From Octopus bimaculoides (lineage: Eukaryota): 64,000 bases of DNA. The notes under the pieces were generated by a model that saw only the letters and a list, made by a program, of their open reading frames with translations, was not told the origin of the DNA and made no database searches. Positions within the stretch are counted from its first letter, which is position 1, and every line of letters starts with the position of its first letter. The stretch is from contig NC_068993.1 in assembly GCF_001194135.2 (NCBI RefSeq), positions 34,744,777-34,808,776 of the forward strand, in the 5' to 3' direction. Below are positions 25,852-38,599 of the stretch, in pieces. The position numbers and the translations under genes were made by a program.

Positions 25852-26055
25852 TTTTCTACTCTAGGCATAAGGTCCGAAATTTTGGGGGAGGGCTCAAGTC
25901 GATTAGATCGACCTCAGTACGCAACTGGTAGTTAATTTATCGACCCCAAAAGGATAAAAGGCAAAGCCAACCTCAGTGGCATTTGAACGTAAAGACAAAC
26001 GAAATACCTCTAAGCATTTCGCCCGGCGTTCTAACGTTTCTGCCACCGCACCGCC
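25852..26055 (-). mobile_element. SINE family 1
   Basis: Reverse complement of head GGCGG..GGCAGAAACGTTAGAACGCCGGGCGAAATGCTTAG and body. Confidence 0.75.
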
Positions 26056-26164
26056 AAGCTAAATAATAACAACAACTAGAATGTGAAAGTTAAATAACGT
26101 AATTTGTTTAAATTCACATAGGTACAGGTAACTTCTGAAATTACACATACACGCACATACATAT

Positions 26165-28490
26165 ACATACATACGTACGAGGGATTAACAGCATCGAATG
26201 CTTTGCTCAAATCAACACAGCAGTAGTATAGAGCAAGATTCTGTTCAATGCACTTTTCTTGTAATTGTCTGATAGTAAAGATACAATCAGCTGTGCCCCT
26301 GGAGGAATGAAAACCACACTGAGACTCAGACACTATATTTGGAACTATGAAGGTATTTAAACGTTCTAACAAAATGCGGGCAAGTGCCTTTCCAACTACA
26401 GACAAAAGCGAAATACCACGAAAATGACCACACAGATCCTTTGGCTCCGATTTATACAAGAAAGCTAAAATGGCATCAAACTCAATCTTGAGGCACTTTC
26501 TCAGTTCTCCAACAGTAACAAATTAATATATTTAAGAGTTCAAATATTTTGTCACCCCTATATTTCAAAACTTCTGCACAGATTCCATCAGACCCTGGAG
26601 ACTTATTGCTATTCAACTTATTCACAGCTAAATAAATGTCATTTAGAGTTGGTTCAAATGTCATCTTTTCTATAACTGGAAAGTGATCGATTTTTTCTAT
26701 CGCTCTCATGTCAGTGGATGATGGTCTTTTCAAAAGTGCAGAAAAATGTTCTACCCAGCGCTTGTGAAAAGAAGCAGTGGCAGTCAGAAGCAAACGTCTA
26801 TTTGCTGTTGTCGCTGGAGCTATTAAAGAAGATTTGGGGCCATATTCCTCCTTAACATAAGAGTATCAGCTGCTTCACGTCCCCCTTTTGCTCTATCATT
26901 CGACTATTCCTGTTTAATTTTCCTTAGAGCAGTCTGCACTTTCCTTTTCAGCTTTTGTTTGACTTGGGGTTCAAGGACTGAGAAAGAAGTGCATTGCCTA
27001 AGTTCTGTTTTTCTAAAAGTAGATCAAGAATTTTTGCTGATCTACCTGAGAACCAGTCACTGGACGTATGTGATTTAAATCCCACTGGCGAACTTGCAGC
27101 CTGAAATACTTTTGTTTTGAACTCTTCCCATAGATTGTTTGGGTCAAGTCTGATACTTTCTATTGCATATTGGAATCTTTGAATGTTGATTGATAATTTA
27201 AAGCTTGCAACATTTACCCTTTTGGATACCTTAGGACCAGACTGTCGATTTTCAGGCATTATCGAAAAATCTTTTTTCCACGCAGTAGACGATGGTTAGT
27301 CCGGCTCTCTGCTCCTCTCATGGCCCGAATGGTAGAAACGTCTTTCATATCACGTCTTCTGATCGGAATATAATCTATGAGATGCAAGGCTTAGATCTTG
27401 GGTGCATCCAGGTGGTTTTATATTTATTTTTCTGCTTAAACAGTGTTAAACAGATTATTCTCAGTATAAAACGTCAAAAGAGCTACTCCGTTTTTATTAC
27501 ATTTTCCAATCTCATGTCGACCTAAAACAGGCCATGAAACGTAGTCCTTTCCAACTCTTGCATTGACACCTCCGAATATGACCAGCATGTCAGAAATTGG
27601 TACTTTCCTCAATAATTGTGCTATATCATCATAAAACTGTCCTACAGTTTCATCAGAATGGGACATTCTTGGTGCATAAATACCGACAACGGTAAGAAAC
27701 CTACATTTTGGTAGTTTACTACGGCATGACATGGTTCGTTCAGATATATCACTAGGAAGCACTGCAATGGAGGATACTAATGTATTCTTGAGAGAAAACG
27801 CAATACCAGATTCTCTACGCTGACCCTTAGGTATGCCTCTCTAAAAGATAGTGTATCCATAAGTAGGTTCATTTACTTGACCATCACCAGAGAGACGAGT
27901 TTCGGAGAGCGCATCTATATCAAGGGAATATTTCATAAGCTCACATGCAATAAGTGCAGTACGCCTTTTTGGCCTCTTGTTGAAATTATCATCAAGAAGT
28001 GTGCGCACATTCGAACAGCCAAAATTCAAAGGATGTCTATTTTTACTTCTTGAAGATTGTTTGACTACAGTGGCAGGATGACGTCTGGACCAAGTCTCTG
28101 ATATACTGGGACAAATGCCGAGCCAGACCTGTTCCCCTGACGTTCCCAACCCTTTTTCTTTTTTTTTTTATTTGCTATTTACTGAATCTGTTTGAGACAC
28201 TCTAGAGTAAGTTACAAGTGCATTTTTAGGTTTCTGCCAACCAACCAATCCAATGATTTTACTAAGACTTGGTGTACAGGAATTATCTGTGCAGATGAAT
28301 AATTTTCAGTGGGTGTAGCTTGCACTGCAATACCCCACCTATTGGCCCAAGAAGACTTTCGACGGTGTGACATGAAAATTGACAAAACCAGGAACTTCCA
28401 AGGCCTCAGGTTTTATTTCGGAGATTTTCTTCTCCTAGGTAGATTACCAACAAGGGTTAAAGGGCTGCTACCTGCCCATAGGGTAAGCTA
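26165..28490 (-). mobile_element. RTE-clade LINE, degenerate: 5' UTR, APE endonuclease and N-half of RT
   Basis: CSNVRTLLD..RRTALIACELMKYSLDIDALSETRL; VGIYAPRMSH..FGGVNARVGKD; KRWVEHFSALL..KSPGSDGICAEVLK; FRGISLLSVVGKALARILLERL..ESQCGFHSSRGTADCIFTIRQLQEKCIEQN..VDLSKAFDAVN. 5' motif CTAGGAGAAGAAAATCTCCGAAATAAAACC at 28409-28438. Confidence 0.9.
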
Positions 28491-29493
28491 ANNNNNNNNN
28501 NTATATATATAATAGGTGTTTAAGAAACTAGAAATCAGAAACTCATCCGAGTGTGTGAGCATGTATAAACATATTTTTTCCTGTGTATCATATTCTACAG
28601 ATTTGGATAATGTATTAACATTTATCTTCTTTTTAATTCGGCTTAATTGTTTACATTTTCTTAATACCCTATTTTACCAAATTTTTGCCTTCATATGGGG
28701 AATTACATTTTGTCCCAATTCAGTTCTTTGCTACATTATTTGTGCTACTCCATGTAGCGTTGAAAACCCATTTCATATTTAGAAATATCTTGGCTTCAAC
28801 GATTACATGAACTAACTGCGTACGTACGTTTTTAAAAGTGTTTTTGAACTTATTAATGTATTAATATACATATAATGCGTATTAATTATATAGCTTATAA
28901 CTGACTGACAAAAACGCATAAGGATTACTGGCTGTAATACCTATGACCGTAAATCTACTTGGTGCAGGCTGACCTCGGGTTAAAAAACAATGAAAGCATT
29001 TGCTTAGAAGTGGGTTGATTTAGGTGATGAAATTACCTTTGCCAATCAAATAATTTTATAGCTAAACATAAATAGTTTTTATTAGCACATAATATTTAAA
29101 GAACCTTCTTTAATGAGTCAACTTCAGAGGATGATTTTATTGTTATCAAACAACTTTTCTAACACAAACTTTAAATGTTTGAATTGAACTTCGTAAATTT
29201 CAATAATCTACAAACATTGTTTTCACATATGCTTCTTTTATACATGCATCTATATTTATCAGTAGTTGCAACGTGTCACGTTGGTATGGCAATAAAATTT
29301 TGCAGTTGTCATCAGTTGCTAACCCAAGTAATGATGTTATATTTTGTCTTTGTTCAAGACACAACAGTCAGGCAAACCTGTTTGTAATTATGTTCCATCA
29401 GTAAGCACAGCTCTCCTTTGTGATCAACAGTAATAGCATAATTTACCAATGAAAAGTGTAATAGTTAACTTCTTAACTCAGACTACTAGTCGT

Positions 29494-29717
29494 CTTAAAT
29501 TCTCAACCGGGATCGCTGTGCTCAAAATATTTTAATGCACAAAATAATTTTAACAATGCACAAAATATTTTAACAAATTTTTTTATACAATTTTTAATAA
29601 TATTTTATTACAAAAATATGATGTGATTTTTTTAAAACACTGAATGGCTATGAGAGTCCAGTACAATAAAATAGATGTCAAACTGGTTCAAAGGCAAAAA
29701 ATGGTTGAGAACCTCTG
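29494..29717. mobile_element. Possible hAT-type MITE
   Basis: Short terminal inverted core TTCTCAACC (29500) / GGTTGAGAA(CCTCTG) (29703-29717), AT-rich interior; no TSD identified. Confidence 0.4.
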
Positions 29718-30020
29718 TCTTAGATTCTGCTGTTCTCTTTATGATAAACCAATGTTTGTTAGTCTGTAATATTAATTTCAAATTCACGTATAGATCAGAG
29801 ATCATCTTGTTTCAAGAAGTTAACTTTTTGATACACGATATTCAGACGATCAGAATTATACATCTACCTCATTGCAACTATGTATTCTGCTATAATCTAT
29901 TTCTCGAACAAACAGCTGTAGTAAATTAAACTACTTCATTCGAGGCTTTATCATTTAGATAACATATATTATATAGCTAATCAAATAAGCATATTTCTTT
30001 AATACAGAAATCACTGAACT

Positions 30021-30021
30021 C
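30021..30021. other. No feature called for the ordinary AT-rich stretch around 30-31 kb (placeholder position)
   Basis: No recognisable coding or repeat signature found by eye apart from a degenerate SINE near 30540-30660. Confidence 0.1.
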
Positions 30022-31016
30022 TATAAAGCAAATAATAGGACCCGAAATTGTGTTATATTTTTATATTTCCGACAGAGCTCTTTTGCTTCACTTTATCTTT
30101 CGTATTTATGATCTGAAACGAATCAATAAACTACACAGAAGTGGATTCTCCTCGATAATTTATAAAAAAGGTAGTCTTCGTTGATGATCTCATGATCTAT
30201 TACGGTCCATATAATGAAACATCATACACGATGTTGTATGATATTTAATTATGACAGCGAGCTTTTATTGATTTGATATGTTTAAATATATCCCGATGAG
30301 ACTCATTATTTCTTGCGATATAGATTATAATTACAATGTGTCCGTTTTTTAGATCTCTCAGTAGGTTTTCTGCCATAGGAGCTTAATTAAAGCACTATGA
30401 ATTAATACAGATATATATTCTTCAAGAAGAGAAATTATTTTATTACATCAGCGTCTCCTGTTCTTAATGTTCACTATATTTTAAAAATCATAAACGTAGA
30501 GATGGTAAACAAATGTTAATTTGGTCACTGTATTACTTTCGGCAGATGAACTTAGCTCACATTTTTCGGGTTCAAATCAAGCAGTAAAATCTTCAGTGTG
30601 GTGGAATCAGTTGGACACTGGGCCAAATGTTTTTTATGTCTTCTAGTCGTTCATTATTTTGTTTTCTAATATAAGACAAAATATAAGAAATCATCATTTT
30701 ACCTAGAGCATTAAAGTTATTCAGCTGATGAACATGTCCTTTAACTTTCAGGTTTCATATCTAAGTAACAATTAACGATCGAGTTGGATAAAGATAAAAT
30801 TAAATAAGCCTTGGCTAATAGCAGAGTGTAGCCTTATATTTAAACATCTCTTGCGTTTTACATATTCCAACTAGATTACCTCCAGCATTAATATAAGACA
30901 CTAAAGACATATTCTTATTTAGTAAGTAGCTTACACTGATTGGATAACATCATCTGTAGTGAAGCTTGCTGTTGATTCTTGCAGCACCTTCCGACTTCAT
31001 TCTTTATTAACATTCG

Positions 31017-31117
<101 letters not shown>

Positions 31118-32546
31118 TAGTCACTTCTTTTATCATGTCATGGATCTTGTCGGAGCGAGTATAATGTTTAGAATGTAAAAGTGAGTAATTAAAGATTATA
31201 GACGAATTTTGAAATCCATTAAACAAGCTTCTTCAAAACTATTTCAACTTTAGTTGCGGTATGGTTGCGTTGAATTTAAAATAATAAGACTCAAGAAATC
31301 AATTTCCCTACCAGACAGTAATTATTTTCTTTTGATAAAGAAGACATTTATAAGTGCGAGACGGACGGTTTCCATACGCTTCCAACACAGAATGAATATC
31401 ATAGTAGCGTTTATCAACAACAGATCAAAACTTACTTATTCAATGATTATGTTTCAGAATATTGCTGCACTTGAACAGCTCAACATGACCTTAGTTTAAT
31501 TTTCATCATACCTCTGTTTTTCCTTTCTTTTTTTCAATTCTTCCCGATTTCATTATTCAGTATAGCAAATAAGTATATATTACTATATAAATATTTCTGT
31601 GAATGAGCGGCCTTTAACAAAGTTAATTACTTTACCTTTCCTCATCAGAATTATACATCATAACATGATTGAAAAAATGTCATTTGTGACAGCTATAGTT
31701 TTCTGAGGTCTTTTGAAACGTAAATGAAATGCTGACTGGAATGGAAATCAGATTTGTGATCATTATAGAAGTATGGACATCATGATCAAAAATACAAATA
31801 CATTATTGAGCTTTATGTGGATGATCGTGATATTCCTTGATACGAATATGTAAGTTGTTTTAATAGCATAGTCTAACTGTAGTCGGGTTCACTGATGTTT
31901 TATCTGCTACAGTACTGGACAATAACAAAGAAAGGGCTGCTTCGTTTCCCTTCAGACCTATTCTGTCTGTTTTATAGTCTGAGAATCCCCACTCTCAAAA
32001 AGCTGACTACGTTACACTGCAACAGAATCTTAAGTTTGACTAATGCTTCGTTGGTAAATCCTACAGCATTAATTTCGATCAACAGAAAAAACTTACAAAC
32101 CCTAAGTGTGATACTCTGAGGATGTATTCATTGTCGCCGCCCTGTTAACCTCTGGGAAAGACTAAAGTTAGGTCTCAGGTTACTGGAGTGCAGATATATC
32201 TGTGACAGATGCCGATCTTTATTCAATTAAAACTACTCAATTTTTTGAGGAATGTACTGTCGACGTTAATTTAACCAGGAAAAAAACGAATATGCTTAAC
32301 TGTTTCCAGGATTAGTACAAAGGTATATATTTAGTGTGCCGTCCTAAATAACACAGTCGAGATTTGAATGTAGAAATATAAAGGAACATAATTAAATACT
32401 AAAAGAGAGTATATCCTTCTGACTTTATTATGAACTAGCCTTATGAGAATCGCTCGTAGAGTAATTGATGTGTTTGGTAAAGTTACAGCAAAATACAGTG
32501 TTTGTGATTGCTGATTGAGAGATGAGCGTAATATTATTTTACTGAA

Positions 32547-32721
32547 GGGCGTCGAGCTGGCAGAATCGTTAACACACCGGGTGAAATACTTAGCGCATTT
32601 CGTCTGCCGTTACGTTGTGAGTTCAAACTCCGCACTGGGTTCTATGTAATCGACTTAAACCCTTTGTCTGCCCTTGTTTGTCCCCTCTATGTTTAGCCCC
32701 CTGTAGGCAATAAAGAAATAA
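32547..32721 (+). mobile_element. SINE family 1 with internal deletion
   Basis: GGGCGTCGAGCTGGCAGAATCGTTAACAC..GAGTTCAAACTCCGC..GTAATCGACTTAA..GGCAATAAAGAAATAA. Confidence 0.8.
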
Positions 32722-33562
32722 ATATTATATTACTTTTTTTTATTAGTCATGAAATTCTTCATTCGTAAATCTAGACTTGCCCGGATTAGCACTTTCTATC
32801 AGCATAGTACTGTTTGTCTGTTGAGTCATTACATTCTAAAGAATCTCATTTTTTTCCTTACAGAGAAAAAAATATAGCGCCAGCACAACTATATATCGAA
32901 CAACTACTCATCTTTTGTTTCTTACAGAGAAAAAAATAAACCACAACTATGCATATACTATGCAGAAGCACACACAAAAACCGGGTAAATGCTTCGAACA
33001 TATCCATGTATGTATAAATACATGCATACACACTTTCTTTTCTGGGTGTCAATAGAGAGACAAACGAACCCTGCCTAGCTCAATCGTTCATCTTACACAT
33101 CACAGTTACATATCATGTTAGCTGATCCATCAGCCAACTCTATTTTGTGATTTATTATTATCTTGTTCTAAATTGCCGCTGAGTTGGTTAATTCTTAATA
33201 ACATTTCTTATGTCACCGTTTAGGTTTCTGCTTTCTGGTTTAATATTACATCAAACTTCCAGTGTCTAGGTCAAGTGACTCGTTTTGTGCGTTCGCATAT
33301 CTGTCTCTATAACTTTATGTTCTGATGCATCATATTCATGTTATGTGTCTCTTCTTTAAAACTACTTGTTCTTATGTCTTGATTTTTTGCCTCACATGTA
33401 ACTATAATTCCATTCCCGATTCGTTCGATTAATGAACCGTTTGACTGAGATACAATGACATTTGATATCAATCCCTGTTCAGCAGAATTATTGGCAGTTA
33501 TTAAACAAATTTGCCCGAATTCTTGTCTGTTGCTTCGAATATTGTTTTAAGTAGCTATAGAT

Positions 33563-33706
33563 GCAGGCATGGCCAAGTGGTTAACAAGTTAACTTTGGAA
33601 CCGTCAGATCCCGGATTCGATCCCACTGCGTAGTATATTACACAGATGCTTTTACCATAGCCTTGTGAGTGAATTTAAGTAGGAGGAAACTGTGTGAAAG
33701 CCCGAC
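33563..33706 (+). mobile_element. Degenerate head of CORE-type SINE family 2
   Basis: A-box-like TGGCCAAGTGG, B-box-like GGATTCGATCCC, then GCCTTGTGAGTGAATTT..GGAAACTG..AAGCCCG. Confidence 0.55.
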
Positions 33707-34309
33707 AGATCAACTGTACATGTAATTCAAAAATCCAGCTTTGTAACGCATCTGTGGAAAACTTAGCCACTTCAAACGCTAACTCAATGAACAACTTGTC
33801 TAATCTATAGAACGCCCTTGGCGTGTGACTGTGAAAACCGATATAAGAGTTTTTCATCAAGGCAAGTCGATTTAAAAGTCTATCATCATTGTGAACTGAC
33901 CGAATTGGTAGAGCATCAGACAAAATTTCTTATGGTATTTGTTTTCATCCTCTTTTTACATTTGACGTTCGAAACGTATTAGGGAGCGGCTTAGCTTTGT
34001 AATCCCTTCAGAGTTCGATGAAATAATCCCTCGTCAAATTACTGGTATCAATTTAATTGATGCCACATACCGTGACTACTCATCCCCACCACCACCAAAT
34101 TAATAATGAAATTACTCGCAAGCAAAAAATCGATCTTATTAGACGTTCTCATAGACGAAATAGTGTGTGAAGATGTAGGAGACTTTACCTATTTGAGCAC
34201 ACTCAACTAACCACAATGAAATTTAATCATTGACTGAGTAAGCAGCACTGAACCAACTAAGTATAATTACAAGCAGCAAGAAATTCACTCTCTCAGAAGA
34301 AAGCAGATA

Positions 34310-34680
34310 TTCTACAAATTAAGTGTGCTTTCCATACTGATCTGCAATAGTGAAATGTGGCTACTGAGACCCAGACGAGAAGGAAATATAACACCTTTGA
34401 CATATACTTCTTTTGCACGACTCTTGGAAACAAAGAGAAGATTTTGTTCAGTAAAGGTCATACTAAAATCTAAAGAATTGAAACGATATCTCTATGGGAT
34501 TTGGAAAAATAGAAAGATTCTCATTCAAGGCCTTTAAATTCATTCTCTCAGTGGACCCTAGCAGATGTGTGAAAGAGAGATCGATGCAAAATGAAAGGAA
34601 ACCAGACAATACAGAGAGCTTTATATCTGACAGGTTAACTGGCGACGAAACCACAGAAGAATTAATCATTACAGTGTTCT
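34310..34680 (+). mobile_element. Degenerate RTE-like LINE 3' fragment
   Basis: VLSILICNSEMWLL resembles the LLY(G/N)SETW motif after the RT core; the rest is frameshifted. Confidence 0.45.
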
Positions 34681-35333
34681 AACAGTCTCATGTTTCCCAC
34701 GATGCCTGAACCACTTGCAAATTAAGGACAAATTATGTTAAAACTCACATATCAAGGAGACAATAAACAGATAATGCGTTGAAGTCTAATATTATTTCAC
34801 GACTGAAATTTAATTTATTCACGGATATTGTCCTTTCCTTTTCGACTGCTAATAATTGTTGCTGTAAATAAATTTGTTTCAGACCTGTCTGAAAGAAAAT
34901 ATGAAAAAATACAAGCGAGAATATGTGAAGTCTAAAAGTTAACGGAAAACGCAAAGAAAACAAATATTTCTTTGTAATATATTCGAGTTCTTTAGGTTTA
35001 TTTCAGAAAATTAAGAAAACCTATACAATATGTTGGAGCTATGTTCAAATGTAACACCACACTCCGAAGATTCTTCATTAAAGCTAATCTACCAAAGTTT
35101 AGCCAGATTAAAAGTCGTGGTAGGAGAACGTTGAAAACTTGATGAGAAAAGAAACAAGCAATTCAGGAATGGGTGAATATATTTATGATACCGAGAAGAC
35201 AATCTTGGGGTGTTTTTGAATGTAAGTTTTAATAACTGACGTTGAAAGCTAGCGACATAGACAGGTGAAATGCCAACCACTGTAGGAAGCCCTCTAAATA
35301 TGTAACATAAAAATTCTGTTTTTATGTGTGCGT

Positions 35334-35418
<85 letters not shown>

Positions 35419-36679
35419 CGCGCGAGCGCGTGCGTGTGCTTGTAGATGTGTGTATATTATTTTTAACAGGAAGAAAGCGACAAGAGTAACGGAAGAGATG
35501 AGAGTTTCGTGCATAACACTTATGAAGTGCACGTGTATCTTCATTGAGCTCTATTTATCCTGTTTGTTCTCCCAGGCCTGTGCGCGTGCGTGTGTATAAC
35601 AGTATATCAATGTGTAAGTGGATGAAGAGAGTTATTGACCTCATCGTTAAAAATAGGTAATCGAATTTACCTTCTTCTGTACACATCCAAGTAACCGTTG
35701 ACGTTGGATATCAAACTGACCTAAACATAAAGACTGAATGAAAATACCTTGTAGACACAAAGCCCGCACTAATTATGGGTGTGGTATTAGGCAGCCTATC
35801 GACACTTGTATTTGAAGGATATTTATTTTAAGGATCCCAATAGCGAGGAACAGCAAAGATGACTTCAGGGACGTTTCAACCCAGAAATTAAAAGAGTGAA
35901 ACAAAATACTTCAGACATTTCTGCTATTCTGTAATTTATGCCACTCCACCGCATTTGCAAATGCAGTTATGGATTTCATTTCTATAAATGAAGTTAATGG
36001 TTCAGAAAGCGATAATCTTCTTAGCAACACCACATCTTAGATGCTTAGCCATTTAATCAGGTATGTTAACGTATAAATGGCTACATAAATTAACATACCT
36101 TGACGAATTTATTTTGCCTTTCCCCTCACATCTCATGTAATGAACATCGGGAACGGACATCGAATGTTTTTCGTTCTTTCTATCTATCTACCTATCACCT
36201 TCTTAGTAGGTGTACATATGCAGATGTGTCTATACACACGCACAAATTATTCATCCCCTAACCATACGATTATCTACTTTTTGTTTCCTTCTGATATAAG
36301 TAGCAAAAAGAAAAAAACAATGTCTGGAAGACGCACAATGTAAGAGCGCACCTTTGATGCAAGTGCAAGTTTGATGAAGTGTCACTCTAATGTCTAAAAC
36401 TGCAAACGTTACGTAGATTTTCACTTCGAATTTTTGCGTAAACTGGCGTCGCAAGCAGTGTTGGTGCAGAAACATCTGTACTATTGTAGTTTTGTCAGTA
36501 TTTAAACAGCCTCATGCAGATATAATTTTTTCACCTGTGGACCAAAAAGAACTTTCGTGTTCCAAAATAAATATCATTCTACACGAGCTGGCACAACGAT
36601 TGACCTTTGTCAAATGGTACGGAGTGGTATTTGAGCAAAATTAAATTCTGCTTAGGTATCTTTTATTGTTTTGAAAGAC

Positions 36680-37130
36680 GGAAAACTGCCACAGGATGTG
36701 GTTTCCACATATCTCTCTAGCAAGACTCTCTCAACTGCCCAGATTGCTTCTTATTTTGTTGTCGATGTTCTCTTCGTAGAACAACAGATTAAAATGTATC
36801 TGATATCTTTATTTCTAAATTTTTGTAAGAATTTGTGTTTATATTCTGTTGATTATTCACGGTGGTCTGCTCTAAGCTTGCATTATACACTTCAAGGGTT
36901 TAATTATTTTGCATTGCATTTTCTGTGTGAAGAATTCTATGGTTCCCACTTCCGTTAATCTGTTGAGAGAACCGTTCAGTACTTCGAGTGTTATGTTGCT
37001 GTGCTGTTTGTTATACAGACGATTGATGTCAGAATACACAGGCTTACGAAAGAACGTAAAATACCAATCAGAGTAGAGTGTCCTCCTTTCCAGATATTTT
37101 GAGGCAGGAGGATTTTGCATTTTTTTTTCA
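36680..37130 (-). mobile_element. Highly degenerate RTE-like LINE 3' fragment
   Basis: Frame-jumping similarity: VLNGSLNRL ~ LLYGSE.W.L; TIEFF..MQCKII ~ IEAFEM.CYRKIL; KISDTF*SVVLRRE ~ KIRYFGHVLRRE. Confidence 0.35.
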
Positions 37131-37320
37131 TTGGACTATACTGATAATAAGTGGAGTTAATCTACTATTTCCAGTAGTAACTTTTGGTTTATCACAGATT
37201 AAAGTGCCTACTAATGTACACCAACTTCTAGTCAATTCGGTCGGGTAAAAAGTTTTCGGGGTGATAGTGTGCATAAATACGAATTAAATTATAAATAAGT
37301 TTATGAAACCAAAAGAACAT

Positions 37321-37481
37321 TCTTTTCTACTCTATGCACAAGGCCCGAAATCTTGCGGAAGGGGTCAGTCGATTAGATCGACCCCAGTACGCAACTGGTA
37401 CTTAATTTATCGACCCCTAAAGGATGAAAGGCAAAGTCGACCTCGGCAGAATTTGAACTCAGAACGTAAAGACAGACGAAA
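37321..37481 (-). mobile_element. SINE family 1
   Basis: TTTATCGACCCCTAAAGGATGAAAGGCAAAGTCGACCTCGGCAGAATTTGAACTCAG is the reverse complement of the consensus. Confidence 0.85.
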
Positions 37482-38298
37482 GAACCAAAACAATATTGTG
37501 TAGTTCTTCAATCAATCATCAGCTGCCTTTTATGTGTTGTATATGTGTAGATATGTATAAGTTGAACGATCCCAGTGGCTATGAGAATATGAATCCTATT
37601 TTACATTGCGCTGATTAGATACTGGGAATGGAATGGGTGACTTGGATCTACAAAAGCCAAAGTTATATGCGAAAACATTTATCCCATATTCTTTAGGCTA
37701 AATACTCAACAGTTTAGATAACAAGTGATACGATAAATACGATATTAAATGACACTCTTTGATCACTTCCAAAGCATACCATTACTATTGGCAGTAACTG
37801 ACTCTGCTCATCCTGCTAGCTCTGTACATTTTTTGGCCAATAAGTCGGTTTTGTTTTTTCTACTAACTCTCCATAAGATCCAAAATTCAAACACAATGTC
37901 CAGAAGGTTGAAACTAAGAAACGTTAAATATTAAAATACTCGAAAAGAAGGAAATAAAAAAAAAGTAAATATCAAACAATAAACAGCAAGGGAGGTTTTG
38001 ACAGATGTTAAAGAGCAAAGGAAATTTAGGATGAATGGATTTCAAATCAAAAGAAAATGTTAAGGTTTTGAGCACTTCAATAGTATGCTTACGGTTCAAT
38101 AATTAGTCGCTTTTTCTATTTCACATGCTTTTCTGATTCCTTTTTCCAATGCATATTATTCAATGCACATTTTGAATGCACATTTCTAATGCATAGCATA
38201 GTCACTATGATTTTGCTGCTTTGTGTAAAGTTGATTATTATTACATCGACCGTGGTTTCAATTTCCTTGCAGGTGTTAGCTGTTAGTCGCTGAACATC

Positions 38299-38330
<32 letters not shown>

Positions 38331-38331
38331 C

Positions 38332-38380
<49 letters not shown>

Positions 38381-38557
38381 NNNNNNNNNNNNNNNNNNNN
38401 NNNNNNNNNNNNNNNNNNNNNNNNNNNNNNNNNNNNNNNNNNNNNNNNNNNNNNNNNNNNNNNNNNNNNNNNNNNNNNNNNNNNNNNNNNNNNNNNNNNN
38501 NNNNNNNNNNNNNNNNNNNNNNNNNNNNNNNNNNNNNNNNNNNNNNNNNNNNNNNNN

Positions 38558-38599
<42 letters not shown>

